Counted from the first letter of the stretch, positions 55,441 through 64,000 are shown. The stretch is 64,000 bases of DNA from Thermoplasmatota archaeon (GCA_041601615.1 JBFIHX010000008.1:30677-94676); one strand, 5' to 3'. Numbers and translations: made by a program. Notes: generated by a model not told the origin, from the sequence alone.

Positions 55441-58400
55441 TCAGTCATAAATAACTTCGTCGTGTCTCCAAACGTATTCCTGCGACGGAGTCGGAGAGAC
55501 TAAGTGGTCTACGAAGAACAGATCGACAGGTAGTGCCCAGTTGACAATGGGCGGTTGTTGGATGACAGCAGTGTATGGTACGCGGAGGAAGTTCGGATTG
55601 AAATCCCGCTCCTCCAATGCGTAGTGGATTTCGTCGCCTGTCTGGGCAAGGTTCCAGTAATACCCAACGATATCCCCGACGAAGTGTATTTTCATCATTG
55701 TTAAGAGCCATTTTTCGATATTTTTAGATTCTAGTGTTTTTATGATGGCCTTGACCCACCCATCGGCTTTTTGAGTAACTTCGGCGAAATTCGCGAAGTC
55801 CTCGTCCATGTCTAGAACATGGTGACGGAAGCCGATGCAATCATGGGGGTGGCTCGACTCACCCGAATGCCCGTAGTTTATCCACTCACAGGACTTGTAG
55901 TATGCCTCCCAATAGGCATTAAGAGCAAAACCATTGCCATCATTAGGTGCACGGCCGCTGGGAGGCGGGTTCTGCACTCTGTCGCGGTCTACAGACGAGT
56001 ACGGGTTGGATGGTACGAGGTTCATGAACCGGTCGCCGTCCGTGGCAGGGTTGCCTCCATTTCGAGTCTCGTATTGTTGGATGAACCATGTGTAATACTG
56101 GCCGTTGATTGGCGTAATCTGACCCCGGTTGGAACTGAATCGTTGGTCGTGGTCGTACTCGTAGTGATCCCACCCACTGACACGATTGCTGGAGGAATAG
56201 TATTCGTTCTTCAGCAGTTGCAGATTCGACCAGTAGTGGAAGCGGTTCCCAGTCTCATCCTCCTTCCACAACACCTTCAGGGTGTCCTTGTAGGCATGGT
56301 CGAAGAACGCATACGCATCGTAGCCGTGGCTGTCGTGATTGATGCCATTGGCGTCCGTGCGCCGAGTCGTGGTGAACCGGCTCATGACCTCGTAGTCCTC
56401 CTGGCCTGAGTAGAGCGCGACCTCTACGATCAACTCGCCGGCCCGGTCGGAACCGCCGTTCTCGCGGATCACGGAATTGGCGCTGCCGCTGTCCAGGTCT
56501 ACGCCGAAGCGCAAGCCGGGTGCAAACGACGTGCCGACGAAACGGAACGTATTGTCGCCCTCCACAAGGTATTCAGGCGGGAACGAAATGTAGCGGTACT
56601 GTTCCTCGGTACTGCTCCATGCGCAAGGATTGATCATGTAGATCATGACTCCGTTGACTTCCAAGCTGATGCTGTACTCACCTCCTTCGCTGCACCCGGT
56701 GCTGCGGCCCCAGATGCCCATCCAGGCGTCGTAGCCGCCGCCGTAACTCAGGTCTCGGATGTCGAGAGTCTTGATGAACTCGTCATTGCCACTGTTGACC
56801 TCCGCGCTCGTCTCGGCAGAAAAATCGTCGTTGTAGTATCCCTTGTAAGTATTGGCCTGGACCGTGTTGTAATTCCATTCCGTCGTGTAGACAGTGGTTG
56901 AATCGTTCGGAGATGGGGGCTGGCTGCTCGTGGTACCTGTCACGGACACGTCGTCCACGAACCAACCAAGGAAGCCGTTGGCGATGCTGTCTATTGTGTC
57001 GAAGCGGAACGCGAGGCGCACGTCCTGGCCGGTGAAGCTGCTCAGGCTGTACGTGCGCGTGACCCATTGCTCTTGGCTACCGTCGATGAGCGGGAAGTCC
57101 TGCAACACGGCACCCGTCGAACTGACGACCTGGACCCATTTCCGGTCGTAGCTCGTGCCAGATTCCGTCTGGTGCCAGCTCCTGAACGACAACGTGGCGC
57201 TTCCTGGAACGGTGAAGATGGGGCTGGTCAGGGTGCCGCTGTTGCGGGCGCCGTTGTCGTAATTGTTCGTGGATTCTTGTCCGTACCAACTGCTCTTGCA
57301 ACACGACTGGTACTTGTCAGAGGACAAGTGCCACATACCGGTCGTGCTCCACGAAGTGGAGGCGCTGTTGAATCCCTCCGATATGCCTTGGCCCGTGGAG
57401 CCGCCACCTCCGGTGTCGTCGGTTTCGGTGATTAGCACGTCGTCGATGGCCCAATGGTCGTAACTCGACCCACTGTGGGTCAGTTGGCGCCACCGGAACT
57501 GGGTGCTGGTCGTCTGGGCTCCCACTGGAATGGTTTCCGTGATGGACGTGAAGAGCGAGTAGCTGTCTTCTTTGTAGGTCTTGATAGTCGCCCAAGAGCC
57601 GCCGCCGTTGGTGCTGTATTCCAGGACTACGTCCTCGCTGGAGTCTGCATTCTCACACGGCGAGGACCCGGTACCGATGCGGAGGTAGAAGTTGACATGG
57701 CCTCCGCTGCTTACGTCCAGGCTCTTGGTGGCGGCGCTACGGGTGGAGCCGCCATCAAAGTAGAGCGCGTAGGGGCTGCTCTGGCTGCCGCAACTGCTGC
57801 CTTCGCTAGCGCCTGAGTAGGTCCACTTGTTCGTGTCAAAGCTGCCGTCATTGAAGTTGTCCGAGAGCCGGGTCACACCGCTACCGCCGTTGGTGACGGT
57901 GTTGGTGATGACCACGTCGTCCACGGCCCAGTGGTCTCGGTCTGTGTATGCTGCGAAGTTGAGTTCCCGCCATCGGAACATGGTGTTGCTCGTCTTAGCG
58001 ACCGATGGAATCGCGGCGGACTGGGACCCCCATGAGCCGTGGCTTCCAGCTTGAAGCGTCTTGATGGCAGTCCAGGAGGAACCGCCGTTGGTCGAGTATT
58101 CCAGGACCAGATCGTCGTCGTGTTCGGGTTCGGGCTTGTCACAGGTCCCTCCCCCCGTCCCGGTTCCGTGGCGGGCATAGAAGGATATGGAATCACCGTT
58201 CTGGACGTTGAGGCCTGGGGTGCGGGCGTAGCGGCCGCTGGTGCCGTAGAAGTAAAGGGCACGGCTTCCGCTGACGCTGCCGCAATTCGTGGATTCACTC
58301 ACGCCGCTTCGGCTCGGCCACTTGGATGAACTGATGGTGCCGTCGTCGAAATCGTCCTGGAACACGATCTGGGTGCCGACTTCCTGCAAGTCCGGGGATG

Positions 58401-59118
58401 CCGTGGGTAGTTCCGGTGTGAGGTTGGTGGTCTGGTGGTACGTGCGGTTCCAGTCCTCGAAGGGAATGTAGTCGGCCATCATGCCCGGCATGGGGTTGCT
58501 GCCGGTGCGGGGCACGCGGATGTCGGGGAGAACGTCGCGGGGCGCGGGGAGGCTGGCAGGCATTGGGGTGGATGTGGATTGGGTCGAGTCGTTGCAGTCC
58601 GGCGGGCTCGGCGGTTCGGGTGGATTAGTGTCACCCCCGCCTTCCACCTGAACGTTTACCTTGCCCCCGCTAGAGTCCGAGGACGAGGCTCGGGAGGAGG
58701 TGGTTTGGCAGGGGTTGATAGGCGGGTCTTCCACAAGATCCAGCAGGTTGGTGTGGTAGAAGACCCGAGTCGGCACCGGGCTTTGCTGGATGGCGATCTC
58801 GTCATCGGGGAATTCCGCAAGGTCGTAGGCGGGAAGGGCGCCGGAGTAGAGTAGGCCCTTGTATTCGTCCAACTGGTTTGCCAGGGCAGTCATGACGCTG
58901 TTGGCGCGGAGGCTGCGGGCGGTGGGGGCCATGCCAGTGGGGTCAAGGCCGCCGACGGTCAGGTCCATGGCGTCCAGAAGTTCGCGCTCCAGTTCCCCCA
59001 CGTCGTCGCGGCCCAGGGGCAGTTGGTCTTGGCTGGCGGTGAGGGGGATGCTCACAAGTAGCGTCAGGCTCAACACGGCGGCAGTCGTAATCTTTGTCAG
59101 GGTGGCAGGATTGAACAT
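55441..59118 (-). CDS. large secreted protein (~1220 aa) with three MAM-like/jelly-roll repeats and an uncharacterised ~420-aa C-terminal domain
   Basis: Start re-placed at MFNPATLTKITTAAVLSLTLLVSIPLTAS. Three repeats carry the C-G-S...ALYF-x-G...LEYSTNGG-x-SW...FRWRQ...DHWA[IV]DDV pattern. GC is lower than the core. Confidence 0.7.
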   Translation of the reverse strand: MFNPATLTKITTAAVLSLTLLVSIPLTASQDQLPLGRDDVGELERELLDAMDLTVGGLDPTGMAPTARSLRANSVMTALANQLDEYKGLLYSGALPAYDLAEFPDDEIAIQQSPVPTRVFYHTNLLDLVEDPPINPCQTTSSRASSSDSSGGKVNVQVEGGGDTNPPEPPSPPDCNDSTQSTSTPMPASLPAPRDVLPDIRVPRTGSNPMPGMMADYIPFEDWNRTYHQTTNLTPELPTASPDLQEVGTQIVFQDDFDDGTISSSKWPSRSGVSESTNCGSVSGSRALYFYGTSGRYARTPGLNVQNGDSISFYARHGTGTGGGTCDKPEPEHDDDLVLEYSTNGGSSWTAIKTLQAGSHGSWGSQSAAIPSVAKTSNTMFRWRELNFAAYTDRDHWAVDDVVITNTVTNGGSGVTRLSDNFNDGSFDTNKWTYSGASEGSSCGSQSSPYALYFDGGSTRSAATKSLDVSSGGHVNFYLRIGTGSSPCENADSSEDVVLEYSTNGGGSWATIKTYKEDSYSLFTSITETIPVGAQTTSTQFRWRQLTHSGSSYDHWAIDDVLITETDDTGGGGSTGQGISEGFNSASTSWSTTGMWHLSSDKYQSCCKSSWYGQESTNNYDNGARNSGTLTSPIFTVPGSATLSFRSWHQTESGTSYDRKWVQVVSSTGAVLQDFPLIDGSQEQWVTRTYSLSSFTGQDVRLAFRFDTIDSIANGFLGWFVDDVSVTGTTSSQPPSPNDSTTVYTTEWNYNTVQANTYKGYYNDDFSAETSAEVNSGNDEFIKTLDIRDLSYGGGYDAWMGIWGRSTGCSEGGEYSISLEVNGVMIYMINPCAWSSTEEQYRYISFPPEYLVEGDNTFRFVGTSFAPGLRFGVDLDSGSANSVIRENGGSDRAGELIVEVALYSGQEDYEVMSRFTTTRRTDANGINHDSHGYDAYAFFDHAYKDTLKVLWKEDETGNRFHYWSNLQLLKNEYYSSSNRVSGWDHYEYDHDQRFSSNRGQITPINGQYYTWFIQQYETRNGGNPATDGDRFMNLVPSNPYSSVDRDRVQNPPPSGRAPNDGNGFALNAYWEAYYKSCEWINYGHSGESSHPHDCIGFRHHVLDMDEDFANFAEVTQKADGWVKAIIKTLESKNIEKWLLTMMKIHFVGDIVGYYWNLAQTGDEIHYALEERDFNPNFLRVPYTAVIQQPPIVNWALPVDLFFVDHLVSPTPSQEYVWRHDEVIYD

Positions 59119-59235
59119 TCGATTTCCTCCAGTGGACTCATCGACTTCGGGCATATCGGCCGATGTGAGTTGCCCCAAGAAATGGACTTTGGTACTTGAA
59201 TTCTTGCTGTAAGGGCAATTTGCATTTCCCATTTG

Positions 59236-59259
59236 ACCCAATATCAATAATCATATTGG
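59236..59259. promoter_or_regulatory. inverted repeat CCCAATAT-N8-ATATTGGG upstream of the large secreted-protein gene
   Basis: A member of the recurring CCCAATAT intergenic motif family (see findings). Confidence 0.3.
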
Positions 59260-59871
59260 GGAAGATTTCTGTAGTGCCTCCTGAGCCGCAGGGTGGAGCG
59301 GGAGCGCTACAAGGCGGACGTTGCGTTTGCCGGGTTGCCCCGGCCGGACAAGGCCTGAATCTGTCACGCGCCGGACGCGGGCCTTGGTTGTGGAGATGGC
59401 CCACCCGTGATGCTGCTGGAGCTTGTGGCACAGCACCGCCAACGCCCAGGCGTTGTCCCGGATGAGCTCGTAGAGCAGCCGTAAGGCGTCGTCGCGTAGG
59501 GTGGCGGCCTGAAGCCACCACACATCTAGGTCATCGCGCCACGGGAAGAGGCAATGGCGATGGCCCAGCACGCGGCGCTCGATATTACCCTCCTTGGTCA
59601 GGTCACCAACTACCTCCATTGCGAACGCCGCCCGCACCGGAACCCTCCGGCGGACCCGCTGGACCGCTTCAGAAACGCCGATGCCAGGGTGGCGGCGAAC
59701 GACACGGGCCAGGCACCGGGCCACCTCCTTGTGGCGGCGAATGCAAGACTCGTGCGTGGGGCGCGTTTGTGTTTGGGGGTGAAGCAACAATGAGCAGGCA
59801 GGACGCATCGAGCCGTCCTGATCGTCTTGGGTAGTTAGGTGCGTTGGAGCAAACGCCGGCATTGGGTTCAT
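59251..59871 (-). CDS. hypothetical protein (possibly shorter, starting MEVVGDLTKEG)
   Basis: Open frame with protein-like composition in its C-terminal 120 aa. No recognised motif. Confidence 0.25.
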   Translation of the reverse strand: MNPMPAFAPTHLTTQDDQDGSMRPACSLLLHPQTQTRPTHESCIRRHKEVARCLARVVRRHPGIGVSEAVQRVRRRVPVRAAFAMEVVGDLTKEGNIERRVLGHRHCLFPWRDDLDVWWLQAATLRDDALRLLYELIRDNAWALAVLCHKLQQHHGWAISTTKARVRRVTDSGLVRPGQPGKRNVRLVALPLHPAAQEALQKSSPI

Positions 59872-60426
59872 TCTGGATCTCGTTCAAGGGCGGTCACGAG
59901 CCATGAGTGCGCTTCTAGTTCCATTTGGACGCCGCCGGGTCCGCAAGCGTAGATGGAGTCGTCGCGGCGTTGCCAGAATCCCCCTGTCCCTGCGTCGAGA
60001 TTCCGCAGGAGCCGGCGGTGTTCTGCGGCCATGCGAAGGGATGCGAGGCTTTGCCGTGTCGCGCCGGCCTTGTGCCTCAGTAAGACATCAAAATCAGAAT
60101 CATCGACGTGCCGGTTGCGATTGGAGCCACGGCGATAGCTGCATCGTCCGGGGGTGTGACTCATGCTACCCTCAGGCCCTCTTGCGTCCCGCCCTTGAAT
60201 GATCGAGGGTCCAGGGATTGTTGGTGCGTCTTGGCTCCCGTGTGTGGCCTTAGGGGGATTGCAAATGGTCTCTGTGCCGGGAATCGGCCGTCAAGGACAA
60301 CAGGAGCGGCCATCATGGCAACCACTCCCGGCCGGTCCTGTCGTCATAGAATCGCACCGTGCCGTGGTCGTCTTGCCACGCAGTCAAGAGGCCCAGGTCC
60401 AGCAAGGCCCGCAAGATTAGCTCTTC

Positions 60427-60993
60427 TTGGCCACCGCAAGCAAGCGGCAAATCACCCCAGGTCCCGCGGAGGGGGACAAGCTTGTACTCGAAGAGGGACG
60501 CGCCGTGCGCACCCTGCGCAAGCGGATTCGATCCCTCAGCACCTCGCCAATATGGCGGGGCCCTGAGACGCCCATCTTCATAGCCCCGGATGGAACGATT
60601 CCAACGGGCAAGTGGCTCAACGACGGCCTCAAGCGCGTCGCGGCCATCGCAGGCATCCGCAAACGCACCACGTCACACGTCTTCCGCGCCACCGCAGGCA
60701 CCCTCATCGGCCGCGAGAACCCAAAACTCGCCATGCAACAACTCGGCGTCAGCGAAGGCGTGTTCAACCGCCACTACAACAAACCCCGCCTGGAAGACCG
60801 CCTCCACCGACGCGACATCTTGCCGGGTGGCGAAGGCGTGCGACAATCGCCCATGGAGAAGCTCGGAACTGCCCACTGGCGCTACGACCACGGGCTCATC
60901 AACAAGGCCGAGCTCGAGCAAGTCCGAGAACTCACCCGGCTTGAAGTGACCACGCAAACGACACCCAAACCTGAAGAAAGCGCTTACGCATGA
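60427..60993 (+). pseudogene. tyrosine recombinase (integrase) C-terminal fragment, copy 2 (open frame but lacking box I and the N-terminal domain)
   Basis: TTG start immediately after a stop. Box II HVFRATAGT and catalytic Tyr context FNRHYNKPRLEDRLHRRD. Followed 58 nt downstream by the att core and tRNA-Gln. Confidence 0.55.
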
Positions 60994-61051
60994 ATGGGTT
61001 GGGGCGGTTCGTATCCTTCTCCCCGGTGCGTAGCCGGACGGAGAAGTAAGT

Positions 61052-61123
61052 AGTCCCACCCGGATTCGAACCGGGGTCACAGGCTCCAAAGGCCCGTATG
61101 ATTGACCACTACACTATGGGACT
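61052..61123 (-). tRNA. tRNA-Gln (anticodon UUG)
   Basis: Reverse-complement AGTCCCATAGTGTAGTGGTCAATCATACGGGCCTTTGGAGCCTGTGACCCCGGTTCGAATCCGGGTGGGACT. Acceptor AGTCCCA/TGGGACT, T-arm CCCGG-TTCGAAT-CCGGG, anticodon stem CGGGC/GCCTG with loop CTTTGGA. Closely resembles haloarchaeal tRNA-Gln. Confidence 0.75.
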
Positions 61124-61137
61124 GAGCGGATGCGAGG

Positions 61138-61208
61138 TCCCAGAGGGGAGTGGTCTTGATTGCGGTCCCGAAGGACCGCAGGACTGACCACTACACTATG
61201 GGGCTCGG
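61138..61208 (-). repeat. partial tRNA-like duplicate (5' ~22 nt of tRNA-Gln) fused to a GCGGTCC-TTCG-GGACCGC tetraloop hairpin
   Basis: CCCCATAGTGTAGTGGTCA matches the tRNA-Gln 5' end. No T-arm. Second-att-like remnant. Confidence 0.4.
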
Positions 61209-61416
61209 CGTGTTGCTTTGCGCATGGACGTTTGGAACTTCATCGTGGTCCTTTGGGACGTGGACGAGGGCCATTTTGACCATGCGCGAGGCGCTTGGGT
61301 TGCCTTGCGGCGAGCCGCCCAGCCCTGACCCCTTTTTAGGGCCTTCAGTCCCGCGTGGGCCTTGGCCCGGTTCGACCGGGGCGCTGTGGTTTTGGCTTTG
61401 GCCGTCGTAGGTTAGG

Positions 61417-61689
61417 TTGGTGAACATCATGAGAGGTCACGATACAATCCAGGAAACACCCACGGTTCATGCGCATCGAACGGCGAAAGTCGTGGAGTTG
61501 GTGGCGACTTCCTCGAAGAGTTTCGAGGATGCGGTCAAGCACGCGATTGAGGATGCGAATCGCACGACGCGAGGCATTACCGGTTGCGAGGTGCAGCGCT
61601 GGTCGGTCCGGTGTCGTGATGGCAAGGTTTCGGAGTACCGCGTGGACCTGAAGCTGGTGTTTGGCATCGAGCATTCGCCGCAGCCGTAG
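61417..61689 (+). CDS. dodecin-family flavin-binding protein
   Basis: KVVELVATSSKSFEDAVKHAIEDA...RGITGCEV...KLVFGIE matches the dodecin fold signature. The start may be at 61429. Confidence 0.7.
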   Translation: MVNIMRGHDTIQETPTVHAHRTAKVVELVATSSKSFEDAVKHAIEDANRTTRGITGCEVQRWSVRCRDGKVSEYRVDLKLVFGIEHSPQP

Positions 61690-61717
61690 GTTGGCGTGCT
61701 GGCCGTCCGGATTCGTT

Positions 61718-63523
61718 CTATTCTGCTTCGATCCAGCCGTTGGCTTCGGCTTGCCTGAGCATGCGCCGGAAGCTTTGGGTTTCCATGCCGGTGATTTGAA
61801 TGCGGTCGCCGGTGTGGTACTTGTGGTCCTTTTCCCAGTCTTTGAAGGCCTTGACGACTTTGACGGTGCCTTGGACGCCGCTGCCGACGAATTTCATGAG
61901 TTGCTTGCTGGTGTAGGCTTCGCTGAAGTTGCCTTGGAAGACGCCGAAGCGTTGGTGGGCGATGACGGCGATTTTGGTGCAGACACGATCCAGGAAGGCG
62001 CGGTCGTGGCTGACGACGAGGATGGTGCCTTCGTATTCTTGCAAGGCGGCGGCGATGACCCGTTGGCTATCAATGTCCAAGTGGTTCGTGGGTTCGTCGA
62101 GCACCAGGAGGTTGTGTTTGTCTGCGATGAATTTGGCGAGGGCTAAGCGTGCGCGTTCGCCGCCGCTGAGGTTCTTGACTTTCTTGAAGACGTCGTCGCC
62201 GACGAAGCGGAAGCGCCCGAGGAGGCCGCGGCTCCATTCGTCGGGTGGCGGTGGGTCTCGCAGGCTGCGGATTTCATCGATGATTTCTCGCTCCGGGTCC
62301 AGGGTTTCGTGGTGCTGGTCGAAGTAGCCGATGCGGACGTTTTTGCCGAGTTTGATTTCGCCGGCGTCGGGGGGGAGTTTGCCGATGAGGGTCTTGATGA
62401 GGGTGGATTTGCCGCAGCCGTTGGGGCCGATGATGCCGATCTTGTCGCCGCCGACCACTTCGAGGTTGGCGTCTTTGAACAAGGTGCGCCCTTCGAAGCC
62501 TTTGGTGAGGCCTTCGACATCCATGACGTCTTTGGCGACACGGTCGGTTTCGAAGAGGAGTCGGAAGCCTTTGCGCTTGGTGGGTGCTTCGGGTGCGGGC
62601 GCGCCTTGTTGTTGCTGCGATAGGCGCGTCTTGCGGCTTTTGACTTGGGAGTCGAAGCGGTTGCGGCGCTTGAGTTCCTCAATGATGGAGAGTTGGCGTT
62701 TGACTTCGTTGAAGTCGCGGCGTTTCTTTGCGGCGATGGCTTGTGCCATGGCGGCGCGTTGCTCCTGGTAGCTGGTGTAGTTGCCGTCGTATTCGAAGAC
62801 CTGTTTGTGGTCCACTTCGAAGACGCGGTTGCTGACGTTGTCCAGGAGGTATTCGTCGTGCGCGGCGACGACCACGGCGGCATCGAGGTCCAAGAGGTAG
62901 TTTTCGATGAATTCCACGGTGGGGATGTCCATGTGGTTCGTGGGTTCATCGAGGAGAAGCACGTCCGTGTCCTTGGCGGCCGAGAGCGCTTTGCACAGGA
63001 GCACTTTGCTGCGCTCGCCGCCCGAGAGTTCGCCAAACTTGGAGTCCAGCACTTCTTCGGTGAGTCCGAGGCTGTTGAGCAGCGGATTGCCGCTGGCGTC
63101 GCCCTTGGAGCGTTCCGTGGCCAGTTCTGTCTGAAGTTCGGAGTAGCGCGCCATTTTTTGCTGCGCGTCGGGCTGGTCCCAGGCTCCGGGTTCGCCCATC
63201 CATGCTTCGAGGGCGGAGACTTCGGCTTCCATGGCGTCGGCGCGGGCGGTGGGAGCGGCCAGGAGCTCCGAAACGGGCGTGTTGTGGGGAATGTCCGGCA
63301 CTTGGGGCAAGTAGCTGACGCGCAGGTCCGGCTTGGTTTCGAATTCGCCGAGGTCCGCTTTCATTTGTCCGGCAAGGAGCTTGAACAGCGTGGTTTTGCC
63401 GGCTCCGTTGGGCCCCACGAGGGCAATCTTGTCGCCGGGGTTGATGACGAACGAGGCCTCACGCAGGATGTGGCTGGGGCCGTAGGATTTGGATATGCCG
63501 TCTGCGCGCACCAGATGTTGCAT
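61718..63523 (-). CDS. ABC-F family ATPase (two tandem ABC ATPase domains, no TMD) with ~50-aa C-terminal extension
   Basis: Two Walker A motifs (GPNGAGKTT, GPNGCGKST), two LSGGE signatures, an inter-domain linker and a basic coiled stretch. Confidence 0.85.
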   Translation of the reverse strand: MQHLVRADGISKSYGPSHILREASFVINPGDKIALVGPNGAGKTTLFKLLAGQMKADLGEFETKPDLRVSYLPQVPDIPHNTPVSELLAAPTARADAMEAEVSALEAWMGEPGAWDQPDAQQKMARYSELQTELATERSKGDASGNPLLNSLGLTEEVLDSKFGELSGGERSKVLLCKALSAAKDTDVLLLDEPTNHMDIPTVEFIENYLLDLDAAVVVAAHDEYLLDNVSNRVFEVDHKQVFEYDGNYTSYQEQRAAMAQAIAAKKRRDFNEVKRQLSIIEELKRRNRFDSQVKSRKTRLSQQQQGAPAPEAPTKRKGFRLLFETDRVAKDVMDVEGLTKGFEGRTLFKDANLEVVGGDKIGIIGPNGCGKSTLIKTLIGKLPPDAGEIKLGKNVRIGYFDQHHETLDPEREIIDEIRSLRDPPPPDEWSRGLLGRFRFVGDDVFKKVKNLSGGERARLALAKFIADKHNLLVLDEPTNHLDIDSQRVIAAALQEYEGTILVVSHDRAFLDRVCTKIAVIAHQRFGVFQGNFSEAYTSKQLMKFVGSGVQGTVKVVKAFKDWEKDHKYHTGDRIQITGMETQSFRRMLRQAEANGWIEAE

Positions 63524-63567
63524 GGGCTTGCGGGCGGCGAGTTGGGCCTTGGTGATGAGCGTTGGGC

Positions 63568-63993
63568 TCAGTCCTCGTCCTCGTCGTCGTCCTCGTACTC
63601 CTCGCCTTCTTCCAAATCGTCTGCGTCGAGGCTGTACTCTTCGGGGTCGACGCCGGGGCCGGGGTGGAAGCCGATAGGGAGCTTCGGGTTCAAGGGTCCG
63701 TCGTCGAATTCGTAGGGGAATTTATTCCAGTACGGGGAGTCGTCGAGGACGTGGTAGCGACTGTTTTCGGCGTTGATGCCACGGATCATGTGGCTGCCGA
63801 TGCGGTCGATGTGGTACAGGATGGTTCCTTGGAAGACGGATTCGCCGATTTGCTTGTAGAAGCGGCCACAGACGGTGATGGCGATGGTGCGGTCGGTGAC
63901 GAATTCGTCGACGTAGTGCGCCATGTGGTAGGCGCTGGGCAGTTCAATGTGGGGGCGGATGGTGATTTCCTCTCGGAGTCCGTGCAGGATCAT
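63568..63993 (-). CDS. hypothetical protein with poly-acidic C-terminal tail; N-terminus may extend beyond the window
   Basis: Open frame to the window edge. Ends EEGEEYEDDDEDED. Confidence 0.35.
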   Translation of the reverse strand: MILHGLREEITIRPHIELPSAYHMAHYVDEFVTDRTIAITVCGRFYKQIGESVFQGTILYHIDRIGSHMIRGINAENSRYHVLDDSPYWNKFPYEFDDGPLNPKLPIGFHPGPGVDPEEYSLDADDLEEGEEYEDDDEDED

Positions 63994-64000
63994 GAGGGGC

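Larger units (their letters stand above)
52680..61063. mobile_element. putative integrated element remnant at tRNA-Gln (cargo island bounded by 13-bp direct repeats; truncated integrase at the right end)
   Basis: Direct repeats TAGTCCCACCCGG at 52680-52692 and 61051-61063. Interior GC is lower and mixed. It encodes membrane proteins, a lipoprotein, a giant secreted repeat protein and integrase fragment copy 2. Confidence 0.5.

Noticed and set aside
59251-59871. Minus-strand ORF considered as the missing integrase N-terminal domain
   Set aside because: Its orientation is opposite to integrase copy 2, and no SAM-like or core-binding motifs were recognisable. It is left as a hypothetical.
1-64000. 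CRISPR arrays, rRNA genes, IS/transposase genes
   Set aside because: No regularly spaced short direct repeats were seen, no rRNA-like sequence, and no DDE or other transposase-like ORF. The only mobile signatures are the integrase fragments and att repeats at the tRNA-Gln locus.

Overview
This window looks like a high-GC (~65%) chromosomal segment of a euryarchaeote. The archaeal assignment rests on pantoate kinase, a Trm-G10-type THUMP methyltransferase, a PAC2-family protein, an ATP-dependent DNA ligase, RNase Z and a haloarchaeal-type tRNA-Gln. Housekeeping blocks are: CoA synthesis (pantoate kinase plus coaBC), a purH / purN / folC / pabB-pabA fusion / pabC / folP purine-folate cluster interrupted by a HepT-MntA toxin-antitoxin pair, gpmI, thpR, alr with an M20 amidohydrolase, and a class-I aminotransferase. 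Interleaved with these is an unusually dense secretome. It comprises many lipobox lipoproteins, two M28 peptidases, an S8 subtilase, a BNR/sialidase-like protein and a PKD-domain sensor kinase.

Several accessory islets are marked by AT-rich promoters.
- (a) 42.2-44.5 kb carries a tandem triplication of a small Tyr/Cys-rich secreted protein gene. Each unit has a conserved non-coding 3' flank with a hairpin and is adjacent to a membrane-anchored hexapeptide acyltransferase.
- (b) 11.6-13.1 kb carries three secreted Cys proteins sharing an N-V-x-V-Q-V-G-L motif.
- (c) 20.0-22.3 kb is a lower-GC islet with a degenerate metzincin-like protein.
- (d) 49-61 kb holds decayed integrative elements at tRNA-Gln. 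Two truncated tyrosine-integrase C-terminal copies, one with an in-frame stop, are each followed by the same 13-bp att core (TAGTCCCACCCGG). They bracket a lower-GC cargo island encoding a ~1220-aa secreted protein with three MAM-like jelly-roll repeats. A partial duplication of the tRNA 5' end lies beyond the tRNA.

A CCCAATAT-containing motif recurs in AT-rich intergenic regions beside several of these accessory genes.

Many long ORFs in the six-frame track are antisense or N-terminal over-extensions typical of high-GC DNA. Starts were re-assigned where the sequence allowed.
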